Source: a virus
Length of the DNA stretch: 64,000 nucleotides
Strand: one strand, 5' to 3'
IMG/VR virus record: IMGVR_UViG_3300009147_000001
Coordinates: 46,164 to 110,163 of that record
The translations under genes and the position numbers were made by a program. The notes under the pieces were generated by a model. It made no database searches and was not told where the DNA came from. It saw only the letters and a program-made list of their open reading frames with translations. This document shows, in pieces, positions 21,269-31,344 of the stretch (positions are counted from its first letter, which is position 1; each line of letters begins with the position of its first letter).

Positions 21269-21535
21269 CTATCCTTCGGCTCCACGAACCCTTTTTAACC
21301 GGGGATTTTTACGACGGGCCGCAGGACCGGCCCGTCGGGTGGATGCGGCTAGAATGGCGGCAGCCCTATCATAGGGTATGCCTTGTTTCTTTGCAATTCT
21401 TGTGGCATTACGTTTAAAACCCCTGGTCGTTCGATCAGATAGCATAGTGGCAGTTTCTTGACGCTTTGTGGTAATAGATGGTTTAGCACTTTCTAGTCGT
21501 CGCTGACGGATCGACATCGGTGGATCAGGTCGCAT
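21269..21535 (-). CDS. Small basic protein
   Basis: AAAILAASTRRA...NPRLKRV; very Arg/Lys-rich. Confidence 0.55.
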   Translation of the reverse strand: MRPDPPMSIRQRRLESAKPSITTKRQETATMLSDRTTRGFKRNATRIAKKQGIPYDRAAAILAASTRRAGPAARRKNPRLKRVRGAEG

Positions 21536-21552
21536 GGCTATCCACCCCTTTC

Positions 21553-21801
21553 CTATTCCACTACCAGCTCTGGCCAGTGCCAGGTACCGCCGCTATTCGT
21601 TTCGTTATAGTAGACATCGTGATTGAAGAATATACCAGTGGGGTTAAGCACACAAAGATCCACATATGGCACCCCATGTGCAGGTACAACCAAGCTTTCT
21701 GATACGGAAGTAATAATGGCAGCCCGACACTCTGAGGTGTACTCACCCCCTGGCGTGCCGTAGCTGACATAGTGAACAATCCTACCTACTGTTGGTTTCA
21801 T
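21553..21801 (-). CDS. Conserved small phage protein
   Basis: PTVGRIVHYVS...AAIIT...GTWHWP pattern. Confidence 0.7.
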   Translation of the reverse strand: MKPTVGRIVHYVSYGTPGGEYTSECRAAIITSVSESLVVPAHGVPYVDLCVLNPTGIFFNHDVYYNETNSGGTWHWPELVVE

Positions 21802-21964
21802 TCGGAGTCTTCATCCATTCTAATAATAGACAACGTCACGGTTAATTCTTCAAGGGCTAAGCCGATAATCGCTCTGGACAACACTTCAACCGTCTTAACC
21901 GCCATAGCATCATCTTTACCACAATTAACCGAAACTGACACTAATATCTCTTTGTGTTGATCAG

Positions 21965-22210
21965 TCATTCAGGTCTAGCTCCTACTGATATTGACGAAAT
22001 CTGTCCGTGCACGCAGGCTTCCCACCGGTGATATCCACCCTCTGGATTATCAGATAATGTAAATACCGGGCGGATCTCTATGCTAGCCCACTCTTTGCCC
22101 GCAAAATCTCGGTCATAGGTCTGCACACACCACGCCAGGGCTTCGTCCAAACTAGTAAACCCACCACGCGCCACCGAGAGATTACGCTCCTCAGTAAAAT
22201 CGCTTATCAT
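21965..22210 (-). CDS. Hypothetical protein
   Basis: ATGA-coupled to portal stop. Confidence 0.5.
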   Translation of the reverse strand: MISDFTEERNLSVARGGFTSLDEALAWCVQTYDRDFAGKEWASIEIRPVFTLSDNPEGGYHRWEACVHGQISSISVGARPE

Positions 22211-24774
22211 CGTGTCCCACTCGTTCCTGATTTGTCCACACCGGTAGTTTGATTGCCCACCGATGGTACGGCAGGATTAGACTGCCGGGGCGGGCCGACC
22301 CGGGCCGGTTTTGGTGGCGCTACATCAGAACCGGTAGCCGTGCGCGCACCTTCATCAGATGTCATGGGCTGAGCCGCCTGCGGGCTCGCCGTGGTGAAGC
22401 GGCGAGTTTCATGCTCGGCGGGTGGCAGGTCCATTTCACGACGGAGGAAATCTTCTAGCCGCTCATCCGGAATAATCGAGTTAGCGCCAACAAAGTTACG
22501 GTAGGCAAACGACATAGTCCGCAGGTCTTCCCATTCACCTATCCGCCGAGCCCGCAACTTCGGATATTTGCCTCGGGCAAAGTTAAAATCTACCAACTGC
22601 TTTATCACATATTTGTTGAAGGTATCAGCCACAGTGTTGGCAATATATCGAGTAGACTTGAAGAACATGCTCATTGAATCTTCTTTAGCATTCGGATCAT
22701 TGGCAAACGGGGCGAGGATGTTTTCATAAATCTTCATGTCATGGTGAGCAATAGACGTCAAACAGTCTACCGGCTGACCTTCAAGTTTGGCGAATTCAAT
22801 AGTCCAACTCTCCGGGGCCACGATATGGGCACGTTCGTTGGTACGCAAATTTCGCCCTAAATCTTCAGCAATCGCCCGGTCGGCCTTGCTGAAACCCATG
22901 GGCAGCTTAATGATCGGTACACCAATACCGTGTCGTTCCTTTTGAATTGAATCTATCTTGTAAAATGTGTTTCCAGTAAAATATACCTTACCGTTTCTAC
23001 GAGCTAGCCACGTTCCGTTCTTCGTTTTTGGACACCAGACTATTCCAGTGTAAGTAGTGCGTTCTATCTTTGATCCATATCGCGATGCTGACTGTAGTGG
23101 TTTAGCACCGACACGTTCGCGAGAAATAAGCAATTGATGAACTATCGCATGTTGATAATCTGGATCTTGATGGTTCCAAGATTTATAATTTACTCCCCAA
23201 CCGAGTAACATGCAAGCTAATGCAATCGGTTCAAGTCTTGGCTTATCATTCTGTCGTATCTCACTATTTGTACATCCATCGCCTCTCAAACAGGTAGTAA
23301 CAAATAGTTCTAGTTGAGCCTTAGTCAAGGATAAGATAAAATTTGTAGTAACTACTTTATTCTTTCCTTTTACAAAATTACTCAATAATTTTGTTGCATT
23401 TGCATTTAAACGAAACTGGCATCCGTTTGGATCATGTTTTTTAGTATGTTCGTACCATCCTGCTGGCAACCTGCCGTGACCAACATTTGTCCGATCCGGC
23501 GCATATGCAGGACCAAATACACCAGTCAAACATGTCCTAATTCTGTCAAAGAATGGTTGGTCATAGTTTTGTGCAATTGCAGAACCATATCCTTGCCAAC
23601 CACCTTCTGTTATAAACCATCCTATTAGTTCTACCAAATCATCAGTATATTTTGGTTCAGTTGGTATATCAGCATTGACCGCGGCACGTGGAATAATATG
23701 ACGCTGACGCAAATTTTCTGTTGTGACAAACGTGTATGGAGCCTTCCAGGTTGTATCTTTTGTTAGCCAACGATGATCTGGCGTGGAAATTGAAGAGATT
23801 TGTTGAGATTCCATGTGTATTACATCGTGTGTACCAGGATAACGTCTAATATATTGAACTTCATTCCACTCAGACATACCAGTCTCTGGATTGATTGTTA
23901 ATACCATATCTCCTTGAATTAGCTGGTTGTGAAATAGCCACCCACGCTGGGTTAATATTTCTGTATCTTCGGACTTGCAGTCTTTATAAAAGTAGTGCTT
24001 GTAGGCCGATCGGAGCAGTGAAATACCTCGTAAGTCACCCGCTTCTTGTTCAAGCACGAACACTACGAGTTTGGCAATGGGAATTTCTAGTTGAATCCAA
24101 CCGGTTGCTTCAGTAGGCTCCATAATCAGAGTTTCTGGTCCACCATTTGCATCGTAAATCCACTCACGAATGTCCAATGGGTGACGTGGGGCAAGCTTCT
24201 TTATAACAATACGCCCATCGCTATCCTGCCCATAAACCTTTTCCATTGGAAGATAACCATACTCACACATGAGCAGGGCGTCTTCGACGATCCGACTCCA
24301 AGGCACGTTTAGATTATTGAAAAGATTGTCTTCCACAAAAGTGGCAATATTGTGGTCTAAGACCGAGTCAGAGGCTGGCTCCATAAACCAGCGCGCCGCC
24401 ATCACTGGCGTTTTGACATAACGCAAGGCCCCGCGAACCGTACCATCGGCCCGTTTCATTTCGTAGTAGGTGCGAATACCTTGCTTATCCCGCAGTTCCG
24501 GAATTTGTTCTTCTCTAGTCCAGGCAGTCCACGGAGACAAACTGGTATAGCCCATCTCTTTAAATGCCGTTGCCGTAGACATCTTGGGGTCGCGCTCGGC
24601 CATAATGATATATGAACCGTTGGCAGGATCGTGATTGGCCCCAACGAGTTCGTATTTGTCATCGAGGAGTACTTCGCGCAAATTGCGGGTACGCTCAGTC
24701 TGCACATCTTCGATGGCGCGGATGGCATCATCCTCGATGGTCACTGACTCCCCCTCATGACGAGTTGCCGCCAT
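22207..24774 (-). CDS. Portal protein (Mu gp29/DUF935-like), intein-containing
   Basis: GISLLRSAY, ERHGIGVP, QLVDFNF; intein inserted at YKD|TFY. Confidence 0.88.
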   Translation of the reverse strand: MAATRHEGESVTIEDDAIRAIEDVQTERTRNLREVLLDDKYELVGANHDPANGSYIIMAERDPKMSTATAFKEMGYTSLSPWTAWTREEQIPELRDKQGIRTYYEMKRADGTVRGALRYVKTPVMAARWFMEPASDSVLDHNIATFVEDNLFNNLNVPWSRIVEDALLMCEYGYLPMEKVYGQDSDGRIVIKKLAPRHPLDIREWIYDANGGPETLIMEPTEATGWIQLEIPIAKLVVFVLEQEAGDLRGISLLRSAYKHYFYKDCKSEDTEILTQRGWLFHNQLIQGDMVLTINPETGMSEWNEVQYIRRYPGTHDVIHMESQQISSISTPDHRWLTKDTTWKAPYTFVTTENLRQRHIIPRAAVNADIPTEPKYTDDLVELIGWFITEGGWQGYGSAIAQNYDQPFFDRIRTCLTGVFGPAYAPDRTNVGHGRLPAGWYEHTKKHDPNGCQFRLNANATKLLSNFVKGKNKVVTTNFILSLTKAQLELFVTTCLRGDGCTNSEIRQNDKPRLEPIALACMLLGWGVNYKSWNHQDPDYQHAIVHQLLISRERVGAKPLQSASRYGSKIERTTYTGIVWCPKTKNGTWLARRNGKVYFTGNTFYKIDSIQKERHGIGVPIIKLPMGFSKADRAIAEDLGRNLRTNERAHIVAPESWTIEFAKLEGQPVDCLTSIAHHDMKIYENILAPFANDPNAKEDSMSMFFKSTRYIANTVADTFNKYVIKQLVDFNFARGKYPKLRARRIGEWEDLRTMSFAYRNFVGANSIIPDERLEDFLRREMDLPPAEHETRRFTTASPQAAQPMTSDEGARTATGSDVAPPKPARVGPPRQSNPAVPSVGNQTTGVDKSGTSGTR
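22969..23979 (-). mobile_element. Intein with LAGLIDADG domain in portal (337 aa)
   Basis: CKSEDTEILT start, TPDHRW block B, GWFITEG, GDG, ends FTGN|T. Confidence 0.9.
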
Positions 24775-25000
24775 CCCTGAATTGGTATTCTTGACTTAAC
24801 TTCATCTCCCATAGTTTTAGCAGTCCGTAGGCATTTTTCCACCTGAGATCACCATCGCGGTAATAGCAAGCAAACCCAGAACTGTCTATGTCATCAGCTG
24901 GAATGTAATCGACGAGAACCACCCAATCGCAGATAATTCCTTCAATACCACGAGCTACGAAAAACTCTTGTAGAGCCTTCTCTAACTCCACGGTATTCAT
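24755..25000 (-). CDS. Hypothetical protein
   Basis: ORF in operon orientation. Confidence 0.5.
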   Translation of the reverse strand: MNTVELEKALQEFFVARGIEGIICDWVVLVDYIPADDIDSSGFACYYRDGDLRWKNAYGLLKLWEMKLSQEYQFRDGGNSS

Positions 25001-25257
25001 GTCTTCTTTTTCTTTCTTGATTTACCCGCCTTGGTTAGCGCAATGGCTACCGCCTGCTCCTGTGGATATCCTTCCTTTTTAAGCATCCGGATGTTTTGTG
25101 ACACGACCTTGGGCGTCTTTCCCGATGAAAGCGGCATTACCATCACACTCCCGACATATAAGAATCATCCACTCGATTCTGCCTTTGTCGACAATCAGTC
25201 GTAGTTTTCGAGGATTATTGCACAAGGAGCATCGTCGCATGTCGATAGGTATACTTA

Positions 25258-25644
25258 TCATTGTCCCGGGCCCCATTCCGGATGCGTAGATAAAAACGCA
25301 ATAATATCCTCGTTTAAGTTCCTATTTTGGTCTATTGTCCGAACATTGGCCAAATATCGAGTAAATGAACGTTTTTCTTCCGGTTCTGGATTGGTATTTT
25401 TCAATGTAGTTACCAGCAATGGCCAATCAACATTCTGACAATAGGTCTTCAACCAGCCACTCACAAATTCTTTACATTCTTTACCACCAAGTTCTCGTAG
25501 CTCTGGCGCGTACACACCAACTAGGCGCAGTTCTTCTTCCCGTCGACTGTGAAATCCTTGGTCCAATAAAACTGTCATGGTGTCGCCATCAATGACTCTA
25601 AGTTGGTATGCGCGATATTCCCACAATTGAACACACATCCTCAT
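25258..25644 (-). CDS. Thermonuclease (SNase-like)
   Basis: RVIDGDT, LRLVGVYAPE, FTRYLA motifs. Confidence 0.85.
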   Translation of the reverse strand: MRMCVQLWEYRAYQLRVIDGDTMTVLLDQGFHSRREEELRLVGVYAPELRELGGKECKEFVSGWLKTYCQNVDWPLLVTTLKNTNPEPEEKRSFTRYLANVRTIDQNRNLNEDIIAFLSTHPEWGPGQ

Positions 25645-25785
25645 CTTGCCGCAAGTCTGATAATGCCTCGATAACTATCATGCTAGTTAATTCTCGGTGT
25701 GCCAATATTCGCGCAATACTGATAATTGCATCAATTAATCCAACCGTAATACCATCCTCATGCCGACAATCTGTTACTATGTCCA

Positions 25786-26985
25786 TCAGAAGTGCACATT
25801 CGTGGTAAAGTAACCCTTGTCAGTCAATGAAGTACCTAGCTCACCCGGGGTGTAAATGTCGGCCAAGCTCATAGTGCAGCCTAGCTTGAAAATATGCATT
25901 AACCCATACCGTAACGCGTCAATGGCATGATCTTCATATTTAATCGCGTCTTCCCGTGGGTTACGCGGTGTGCGACCAGACGGCGAATGGGCTCGATAGT
26001 TATTCATTTCGTGAATAAGCGCGCGACATGAGTGGTCAACATATAACCACGGTTCCTCCAGCGGAGTACCATACTCGTCGACCTCACCCACTTGCTGAGT
26101 GCGCAAAAATGTCTTCACCAAATCAATGCCCTCACGCCAGTTGGCTTTACTCTCTGGTCTAGCCACACATGGTGAAAATTTCTGCGATACAGTTGCTACC
26201 GCTTCTGGATCAGCAGCATCGCCAAAACACAGGTCTATTCGATAACCCTCTGGTTGGTCACGCGTGCGCAGTTCACCGAGAAAGTCATCGAGGCGCACCC
26301 CGGCTTTATAGTGTTCTCGCCAGACATGCACTCGATCCATCGGGTCAACCTGAAACTCCACGGCGGCCATGGGATTAACATAGCCCCAGTCAAAACAAAT
26401 GAAGTTCTTCCATGCCGGGTTATAGGTAATCTGTTTGACGTGAGTCTGTTCATCCCACTCGCTGAAAATCTTTCCCATAAACGAGGTAAAGTCAGCAGCA
26501 ATTTCCTGTTGAAACCACTCAAAGGGGAGTGTACGCTCTAGAAGGATAATCTCAGGATCATTACGACCACCTGGATAAACGACCGGATTCTCCCAGGATG
26601 GAAATCGCCACGACTCAAAGTCACTAAATGCTGGGTTTCGCCCGTATTGCCATAAATCGTGTAACCAGTTTTGTCCCTCTGGTGTAGAAGAAAACGTCGC
26701 CTGACCACGCTTGTCTGCTAAGGCCGGCTGAATGTATCGACTCCACGTTTCACGATTGTGCTTCGCTGCCTCGGACATTATCACATAGTCAAGTTTTTCC
26801 CCAACCAGATTGTCCGGGCGATCAGCGCTACGCACCTCAATAATAGTATTCCATGGAAACTGGATGAACATGTCACCAACACGTTTGTTGTAACTTTTCT
26901 TTACTTTCTTTTCTTGCCCTAACCGCAGACCAACTATCATATCCTGCCAAATAACTCTGAATTCCTTCTCACCAAGGTCAATCAT
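25786..26985 (-). CDS. Terminase large subunit, C-terminal part (Walker B + RNase H-like nuclease)
   Basis: DYVIMSEAA, STPEG, FDWGY, DHAIDALRY; the track's first 23 aa are an out-of-frame read of the intein end. Confidence 0.88.
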   Translation of the reverse strand: MIDLGEKEFRVIWQDMIVGLRLGQEKKVKKSYNKRVGDMFIQFPWNTIIEVRSADRPDNLVGEKLDYVIMSEAAKHNRETWSRYIQPALADKRGQATFSSTPEGQNWLHDLWQYGRNPAFSDFESWRFPSWENPVVYPGGRNDPEIILLERTLPFEWFQQEIAADFTSFMGKIFSEWDEQTHVKQITYNPAWKNFICFDWGYVNPMAAVEFQVDPMDRVHVWREHYKAGVRLDDFLGELRTRDQPEGYRIDLCFGDAADPEAVATVSQKFSPCVARPESKANWREGIDLVKTFLRTQQVGEVDEYGTPLEEPWLYVDHSCRALIHEMNNYRAHSPSGRTPRNPREDAIKYEDHAIDALRYGLMHIFKLGCTMSLADIYTPGELGTSLTDKGYFTTNVHF

Positions 26986-29311
26986 AGGTATTTCCGGTGT
27001 AATAGACAGAGCTGTTTCGCTTTGCCAACCAGTTACCATTTTTGGTAGTAACACACCATACTGTACCTATATATTGCTCACCCCCTATCTTGATGCCTCG
27101 GGGACCAGCAACATATTGCGCCCGCTGTGGATTAATAAATCGACTCGTCAGTAATCCCAAAACCCAACCGTTGTTGCCATCCTTTGTTCGTGGTCTTATA
27201 CTAGTAGCTATACCAATGAGTGAGCAGGCCAATTGAACGGCAAATAGCTGCTCCTTACTCTCCTGATATATGACTTTTTGACATGATTCATAGCCGTCTT
27301 TATACTGTTTTCCGACTGTTCCATCCCCTAGCATAGATATATCAACAAACAATTTTAATTGTGAAAATGTGAGATCCATAATGAACTGTGGATCAACTAT
27401 CTTGTGGTCTAGGAATACCTTCTTGAATTCTCTTCCCAAAACTTTTCCTATATTAAATCGTGTCATATTCGGACTTGTTGCATAAATGCGGTCAGACCAA
27501 TATTCAAACGCATGATAACTATCACCCAGGTGTGGGTTGGGACAGAGTTCAGTAAGTGCACGTCGTATTCGCGCTACATTATCAGGATTTGCCACATGAG
27601 ATTGATGAATGGTTAACCCATCACCTCTACTGCCATTCCTCGATCCTTCAGCCCACAGCCACGCGACTAGTTCCACGAAAGCATCTGTATACTTTGGCTC
27701 GGTGGGTACAGTTGCACATACCGCAGCCTTCGGAATGCGATCGTCGGCAGTTAATGTTGCTGTTGTCCGCCAGGTCCAACCATTATCAGTTTCTGGTAAT
27801 AAGTGCTCAATTGGTTTCAGCACCGATGGAAGTTTAGATCCATCCTTTTTATAGCCTATACCTGGCCTTCGCTGAGTTAACCAACGATGATCAGGAGTGG
27901 TAAGAGCAGAAAAAGAATGTCCTTCCATCCTAATAACATCATGCGTCCCTGGGTTTAGTAATACCTTCTCAACGGTATCCCACTCACTCAAACCAGTTAT
28001 TGGGTTAATCGAAAGCGTCTTGTCACCAACGACAACCTCATCATACCTTAACCAGCCACGCGCAGTGAGAATTTCAGTTTCTTCATCTACACAAGGCCCC
28101 ACTATCCAAACGTGTTTATTAGGAATCATGAGTATTGGTTCGACTTCGCGTGCTCCCATGAATGTATTGTGGGTAGCAATATAGGAGCCGCCAGCTAGGT
28201 ATAGATGAGATTTACTATCGACTGCAATACATTTCATCCAAACTGGTCTCGTTATGGGCGTGATGGATGTAATAAATCTAAAGTAATGCTTGCGTCTCGG
28301 TAGCGCACGCTGTGCAGCTAACTTCCTTGGTAAGCTGAATACGTCTATGATATTACCTGTGTGGATTCGATAACACAGCTTCTTCGGTACACCATAGAGC
28401 TTACCCACTCTCTGTGACCGCACCACTCGTCCGCCAAGTGAGCAGATAAGTGAGTCTACTGCATCCACGAGATTTTTGTTTGTACTATCAAAGTCCACAT
28501 GATTATTAGCCACTGAACCATCACTGTCCATGAGTCCATGTAGAAGGTCCATTCGCTGTTCCACAGAGCCGTACAAGTACGTTGTTGGTACATGCTTAGT
28601 ACCTAGTAATAGTTGCTCCCTTAATAAAACTCGTAGCCCATGGATTCTCCATGACGTACATCGATCCTTGTGCTCATGTCGCGTTACCTCCCACCCACGC
28701 GCGCTTATTTTGTCAATTATCCATGAATCAGAGTCCGGTATAGTAACGATACCATCGCTGCTACTACCATCGCCTAACCATACACCCAATACGTATGGGT
28801 CAATTGGAAGGTCCTTTTTCGCGTATTGTACTGGACCAGCCAATGTGATCGCATGATTTACCTCTGGCTTCTTTGATTTTGTATACAATGTTGAGGCAAT
28901 TTTATTAGTGGTACGGACCGCGGGTTTGGTCATACGACGAGAATCGGTTAGCGCCTTCCGCGCTGCTTTATCGTACGTTAACCATTCATGCTCACCATGA
29001 GCAACTAAGGTAGACCCGTCATCAAAAGTTACCAGAAAGGCATCAGTGCGAGCCTGTATATTGCTCGTACCTATAACGGTACATGGATGCCCGTGTTCGT
29101 CAAAGACAATATCACCATGCTCAAGTACTCCCATGGGCACCATGCCGTCAGGCGTGGGAATTGGCGTATTTACTTCTAAGAGTTTCCCGAACCGACGCCC
29201 ACAGACGGGAATCTTAAATCTGGCGGTACTGTCATGAAACAGTCGCTGCTTTTCATGTGGCACATAGCCAATAAGGTCAAAGTACTTTTCCTTGGAAATA
29301 GCTAACGACAC
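26978..29311 (-). CDS. Terminase large subunit, N-terminal part (Walker A) with two inteins
   Basis: PHEKQ, GRRFGK|T Walker A, WIVGP|TYD, then TGA. Confidence 0.88.
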   Translation of the reverse strand: MSLAISKEKYFDLIGYVPHEKQRLFHDSTARFKIPVCGRRFGKLLEVNTPIPTPDGMVPMGVLEHGDIVFDEHGHPCTVIGTSNIQARTDAFLVTFDDGSTLVAHGEHEWLTYDKAARKALTDSRRMTKPAVRTTNKIASTLYTKSKKPEVNHAITLAGPVQYAKKDLPIDPYVLGVWLGDGSSSDGIVTIPDSDSWIIDKISARGWEVTRHEHKDRCTSWRIHGLRVLLREQLLLGTKHVPTTYLYGSVEQRMDLLHGLMDSDGSVANNHVDFDSTNKNLVDAVDSLICSLGGRVVRSQRVGKLYGVPKKLCYRIHTGNIIDVFSLPRKLAAQRALPRRKHYFRFITSITPITRPVWMKCIAVDSKSHLYLAGGSYIATHNTFMGAREVEPILMIPNKHVWIVGPCVDEETEILTARGWLRYDEVVVGDKTLSINPITGLSEWDTVEKVLLNPGTHDVIRMEGHSFSALTTPDHRWLTQRRPGIGYKKDGSKLPSVLKPIEHLLPETDNGWTWRTTATLTADDRIPKAAVCATVPTEPKYTDAFVELVAWLWAEGSRNGSRGDGLTIHQSHVANPDNVARIRRALTELCPNPHLGDSYHAFEYWSDRIYATSPNMTRFNIGKVLGREFKKVFLDHKIVDPQFIMDLTFSQLKLFVDISMLGDGTVGKQYKDGYESCQKVIYQESKEQLFAVQLACSLIGIATSIRPRTKDGNNGWVLGLLTSRFINPQRAQYVAGPRGIKIGGEQYIGTVWCVTTKNGNWLAKRNSSVYYTGNTYD
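26990..28093 (-). mobile_element. Second TerL intein with LAGLIDADG domain (368 aa)
   Basis: CVDEETEILT start, TPDHRW, WLWAEG, LGDG, ends YTGN|T. Confidence 0.9.
28166..29182 (-). mobile_element. Class 3-type intein with LAGLIDADG domain in TerL Walker A (339 aa)
   Basis: No N-terminal Cys/Ser (LLEVNTPIPTPDG); W in block B (HEW), C in block F (MKCIAV), T in block G (ATHN|T); LGVWLGDG, GLMDSDG. Confidence 0.85.
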
Positions 29312-29365
29312 GGCAACACCCGCCCTTCCTATTATTTAACTCCAGTACGACGGGCAGATAGTTCA

Positions 29366-29521
29366 TCAGTTTGGTGGTCGAGTCCACGGCATGGCTGGAA
29401 TAAACCCACCAAACACAAAGTGCGCCGACAGTAGGGCTAGACCCAGGTATAGTAAATTAATGGCCGGATTGTCAATAAGTAAAGCCAGAATAAACACAAT
29501 GAGTGCCGCAATAGCAAACAT
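29366..29521 (-). CDS. Small two-TM membrane protein (51 aa)
   Basis: Own translation MFAIAALIVFILALLIDNPAINLLYLGLALLSAHFVFGG...; GGAG RBS; below track cutoff. Confidence 0.55.
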   Translation of the reverse strand: MFAIAALIVFILALLIDNPAINLLYLGLALLSAHFVFGGFIPAMPWTRPPN

Positions 29522-29524
29522 GAG

Positions 29525-29752
29525 CTACTCCTCTCGCACACGAATCCTATCCGGTGCTGGGTGGCGAGCAGTCATTTGTGTCGCTAAGTCTCGAATTGAA
29601 TCCCGCTGGGCCTGCCTTAAAGTTGAAAAATCTGCACAATTAGGGTCTGGACATGGGTCAATAATCGTTACCGAATACACACCATCGACGTCGACACTAA
29701 ACACTGTTCGCGTGCCTGCACTATGACGACATTCCTGCATTATCGTAGCCAA
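29525..29752 (-). CDS. Hypothetical protein
   Basis: ORF in operon orientation. Confidence 0.45.
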   Translation of the reverse strand: MATIMQECRHSAGTRTVFSVDVDGVYSVTIIDPCPDPNCADFSTLRQAQRDSIRDLATQMTARHPAPDRIRVREE

Positions 29753-29811
29753 TCGTTCACATCAATCTCCATTCATGACTATCACCCTTCCCCCATAACT
29801 ATCACCACCAA

Positions 29812-30129
29812 TTACGTCATAATCGTTGTTTGGTGCACAGTAAACGTGCCAGCCGATGCAGTAATGGTAAATTTGGCGTACGGGGTCAATGCGGTAAATG
29901 TCTGAGGTACAAAATTAACCATGGTTGGAGTGGTGGTAAACGCGGTATTCGTACCATCCATCGACCAGTCAATAGTAATAGCATAGGTAGCGGTGGTGTG
30001 GTTTTTAGTAATCGTCACTGTCTTCGCTGGCAGGCGAATAAATCCACTATTCTCGGACGTGCTAGCTAGTAGCGTGTGATTTTCATACAATACTCGGGCT
30101 CGGTTCAGTTCCTTTGCATAAACGGCCAT
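29812..30129 (-). CDS. Small beta-rich virion-like protein
   Basis: T-rich, RBS present. Confidence 0.5.
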   Translation of the reverse strand: MAVYAKELNRARVLYENHTLLASTSENSGFIRLPAKTVTITKNHTTATYAITIDWSMDGTNTAFTTTPTMVNFVPQTFTALTPYAKFTITASAGTFTVHQTTIMT

Positions 30130-30176
30130 GCCCCACCGCCTCCGGCGTCAAACCCCACTGCAGCAAGGGTTTTTCC

Positions 30177-30677
30177 CTAAATCTTCTGATACGTGCCGGC
30201 GGTCAACCCTGGTAATGCACCAGTTGTCTGGGGGTGGCCAGCATATGGAGACCGGAAGGTTATATTGAAGTCGGTGCTTGGTCCGGCACCAGACGGAGTA
30301 ACCGAACCAGTATCGTTAAATGTTGTCGTTGGCGCCGTAACGGTGCCCATCAACAAAAAGCTGCCGCCGGTCCGGCCATATACCTTATATGACGTGGCTC
30401 CGGTCACGGTAGTCCAGTTCACGTCAATCATTGACGTGGAGCCTGATGTTACCTGGTTAGCAGACGCAGCGCTCATGGCCGATTCGACGCCATCTTTAAC
30501 ATAGGTAATTTTGTAGTTGTAGGTCGCGGCGGCTAGGGTGCCACCAGTACCAGTGATGACACAGGTTGGTGCGGCGGGAGCATCACCTTGACCACCAGAA
30601 ACGATGACAGCCATAGTTTCACCATTTGACCGGCGGTAAATAACGTTGTCGCCACGTAGCGCGCGCTTGACGGCCAT
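30177..30677 (-). CDS. FN3/Ig-like protein sharing a domain with the tail tube protein
   Basis: GGTLAAATYNYKITYV...VNWTTVTGATSYKVY; GGAGG RBS before MAVK. Confidence 0.65.
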   Translation of the reverse strand: MAVKRALRGDNVIYRRSNGETMAVIVSGGQGDAPAAPTCVITGTGGTLAAATYNYKITYVKDGVESAMSAASANQVTSGSTSMIDVNWTTVTGATSYKVYGRTGGSFLLMGTVTAPTTTFNDTGSVTPSGAGPSTDFNITFRSPYAGHPQTTGALPGLTAGTYQKI

Positions 30678-30940
30678 TATGCCTCCACTCGAATAACCTG
30701 ATAGCTGTCCCAACTGCCAGCGTTCCAGAAAAATACTTTGACTTGTATGCCGTTTTCGATTACTGTTATACGTAAGCCGTCTTTTTCTCGTTCAACCTTT
30801 GCCTCACCATGAGTAATTATGCTGGTACCTTGACCGCTACTGTACACAACAACACTCGTTTTGTACTTTTTAGGTTCGTGCCACTGTAGTTGTTCGGCTA
30901 GCATTTCTTGGTAGCTTACTTCCTTACTCACTCCACTCAT
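30677..30940 (-). CDS. Hypothetical protein
   Basis: GGGAG RBS, coupled. Confidence 0.5.
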   Translation of the reverse strand: MSGVSKEVSYQEMLAEQLQWHEPKKYKTSVVVYSSGQGTSIITHGEAKVEREKDGLRITVIENGIQVKVFFWNAGSWDSYQVIRVEA

Positions 30941-30951
30941 GGTACACTCCC

Positions 30952-31344
30952 TTACTCGCTATTTGCGCGTAACTCGTTCGTTGCTTCGGTTAGCACTTGG
31001 TCATAGATTTCTTCCCAAGCACTACGGTGATCGCGGGCTTCTACTTTCTCAGCCGGACCCATGGTCCGGTCAATGACGTATTTACTAGCGTTGAGTCGAA
31101 TTCCTTCAATTTTAGAGCGAGTAGCTAAGTGACACATGGCCATGACTGCTAGCGGTAGGTTTTCTTCGAGTAGTCGTTTGGCGACGTCAAAGTTTTTGCC
31201 AATTCCTTCTAGCGCATATTCCATGTGGAGCTTGGATAGCGCCTCATCGGCATTCCAGGTATCTGAGATAAATCCCTCAAAACCTTCGAAGCTATCTCCT
31301 GCGGCCATGTTTGCCTCCTCATTGAGAGCAAGTGTAAGCGTCAT
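30952..31344 (-). CDS. Putative terminase small subunit
   Basis: First gene of the late operon; helical with IRLNASKYVIDRTMG motif; GAGGAGG RBS favours the MAAG start. Confidence 0.5.
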   Translation of the reverse strand: MTLTLALNEEANMAAGDSFEGFEGFISDTWNADEALSKLHMEYALEGIGKNFDVAKRLLEENLPLAVMAMCHLATRSKIEGIRLNASKYVIDRTMGPAEKVEARDHRSAWEEIYDQVLTEATNELRANSE

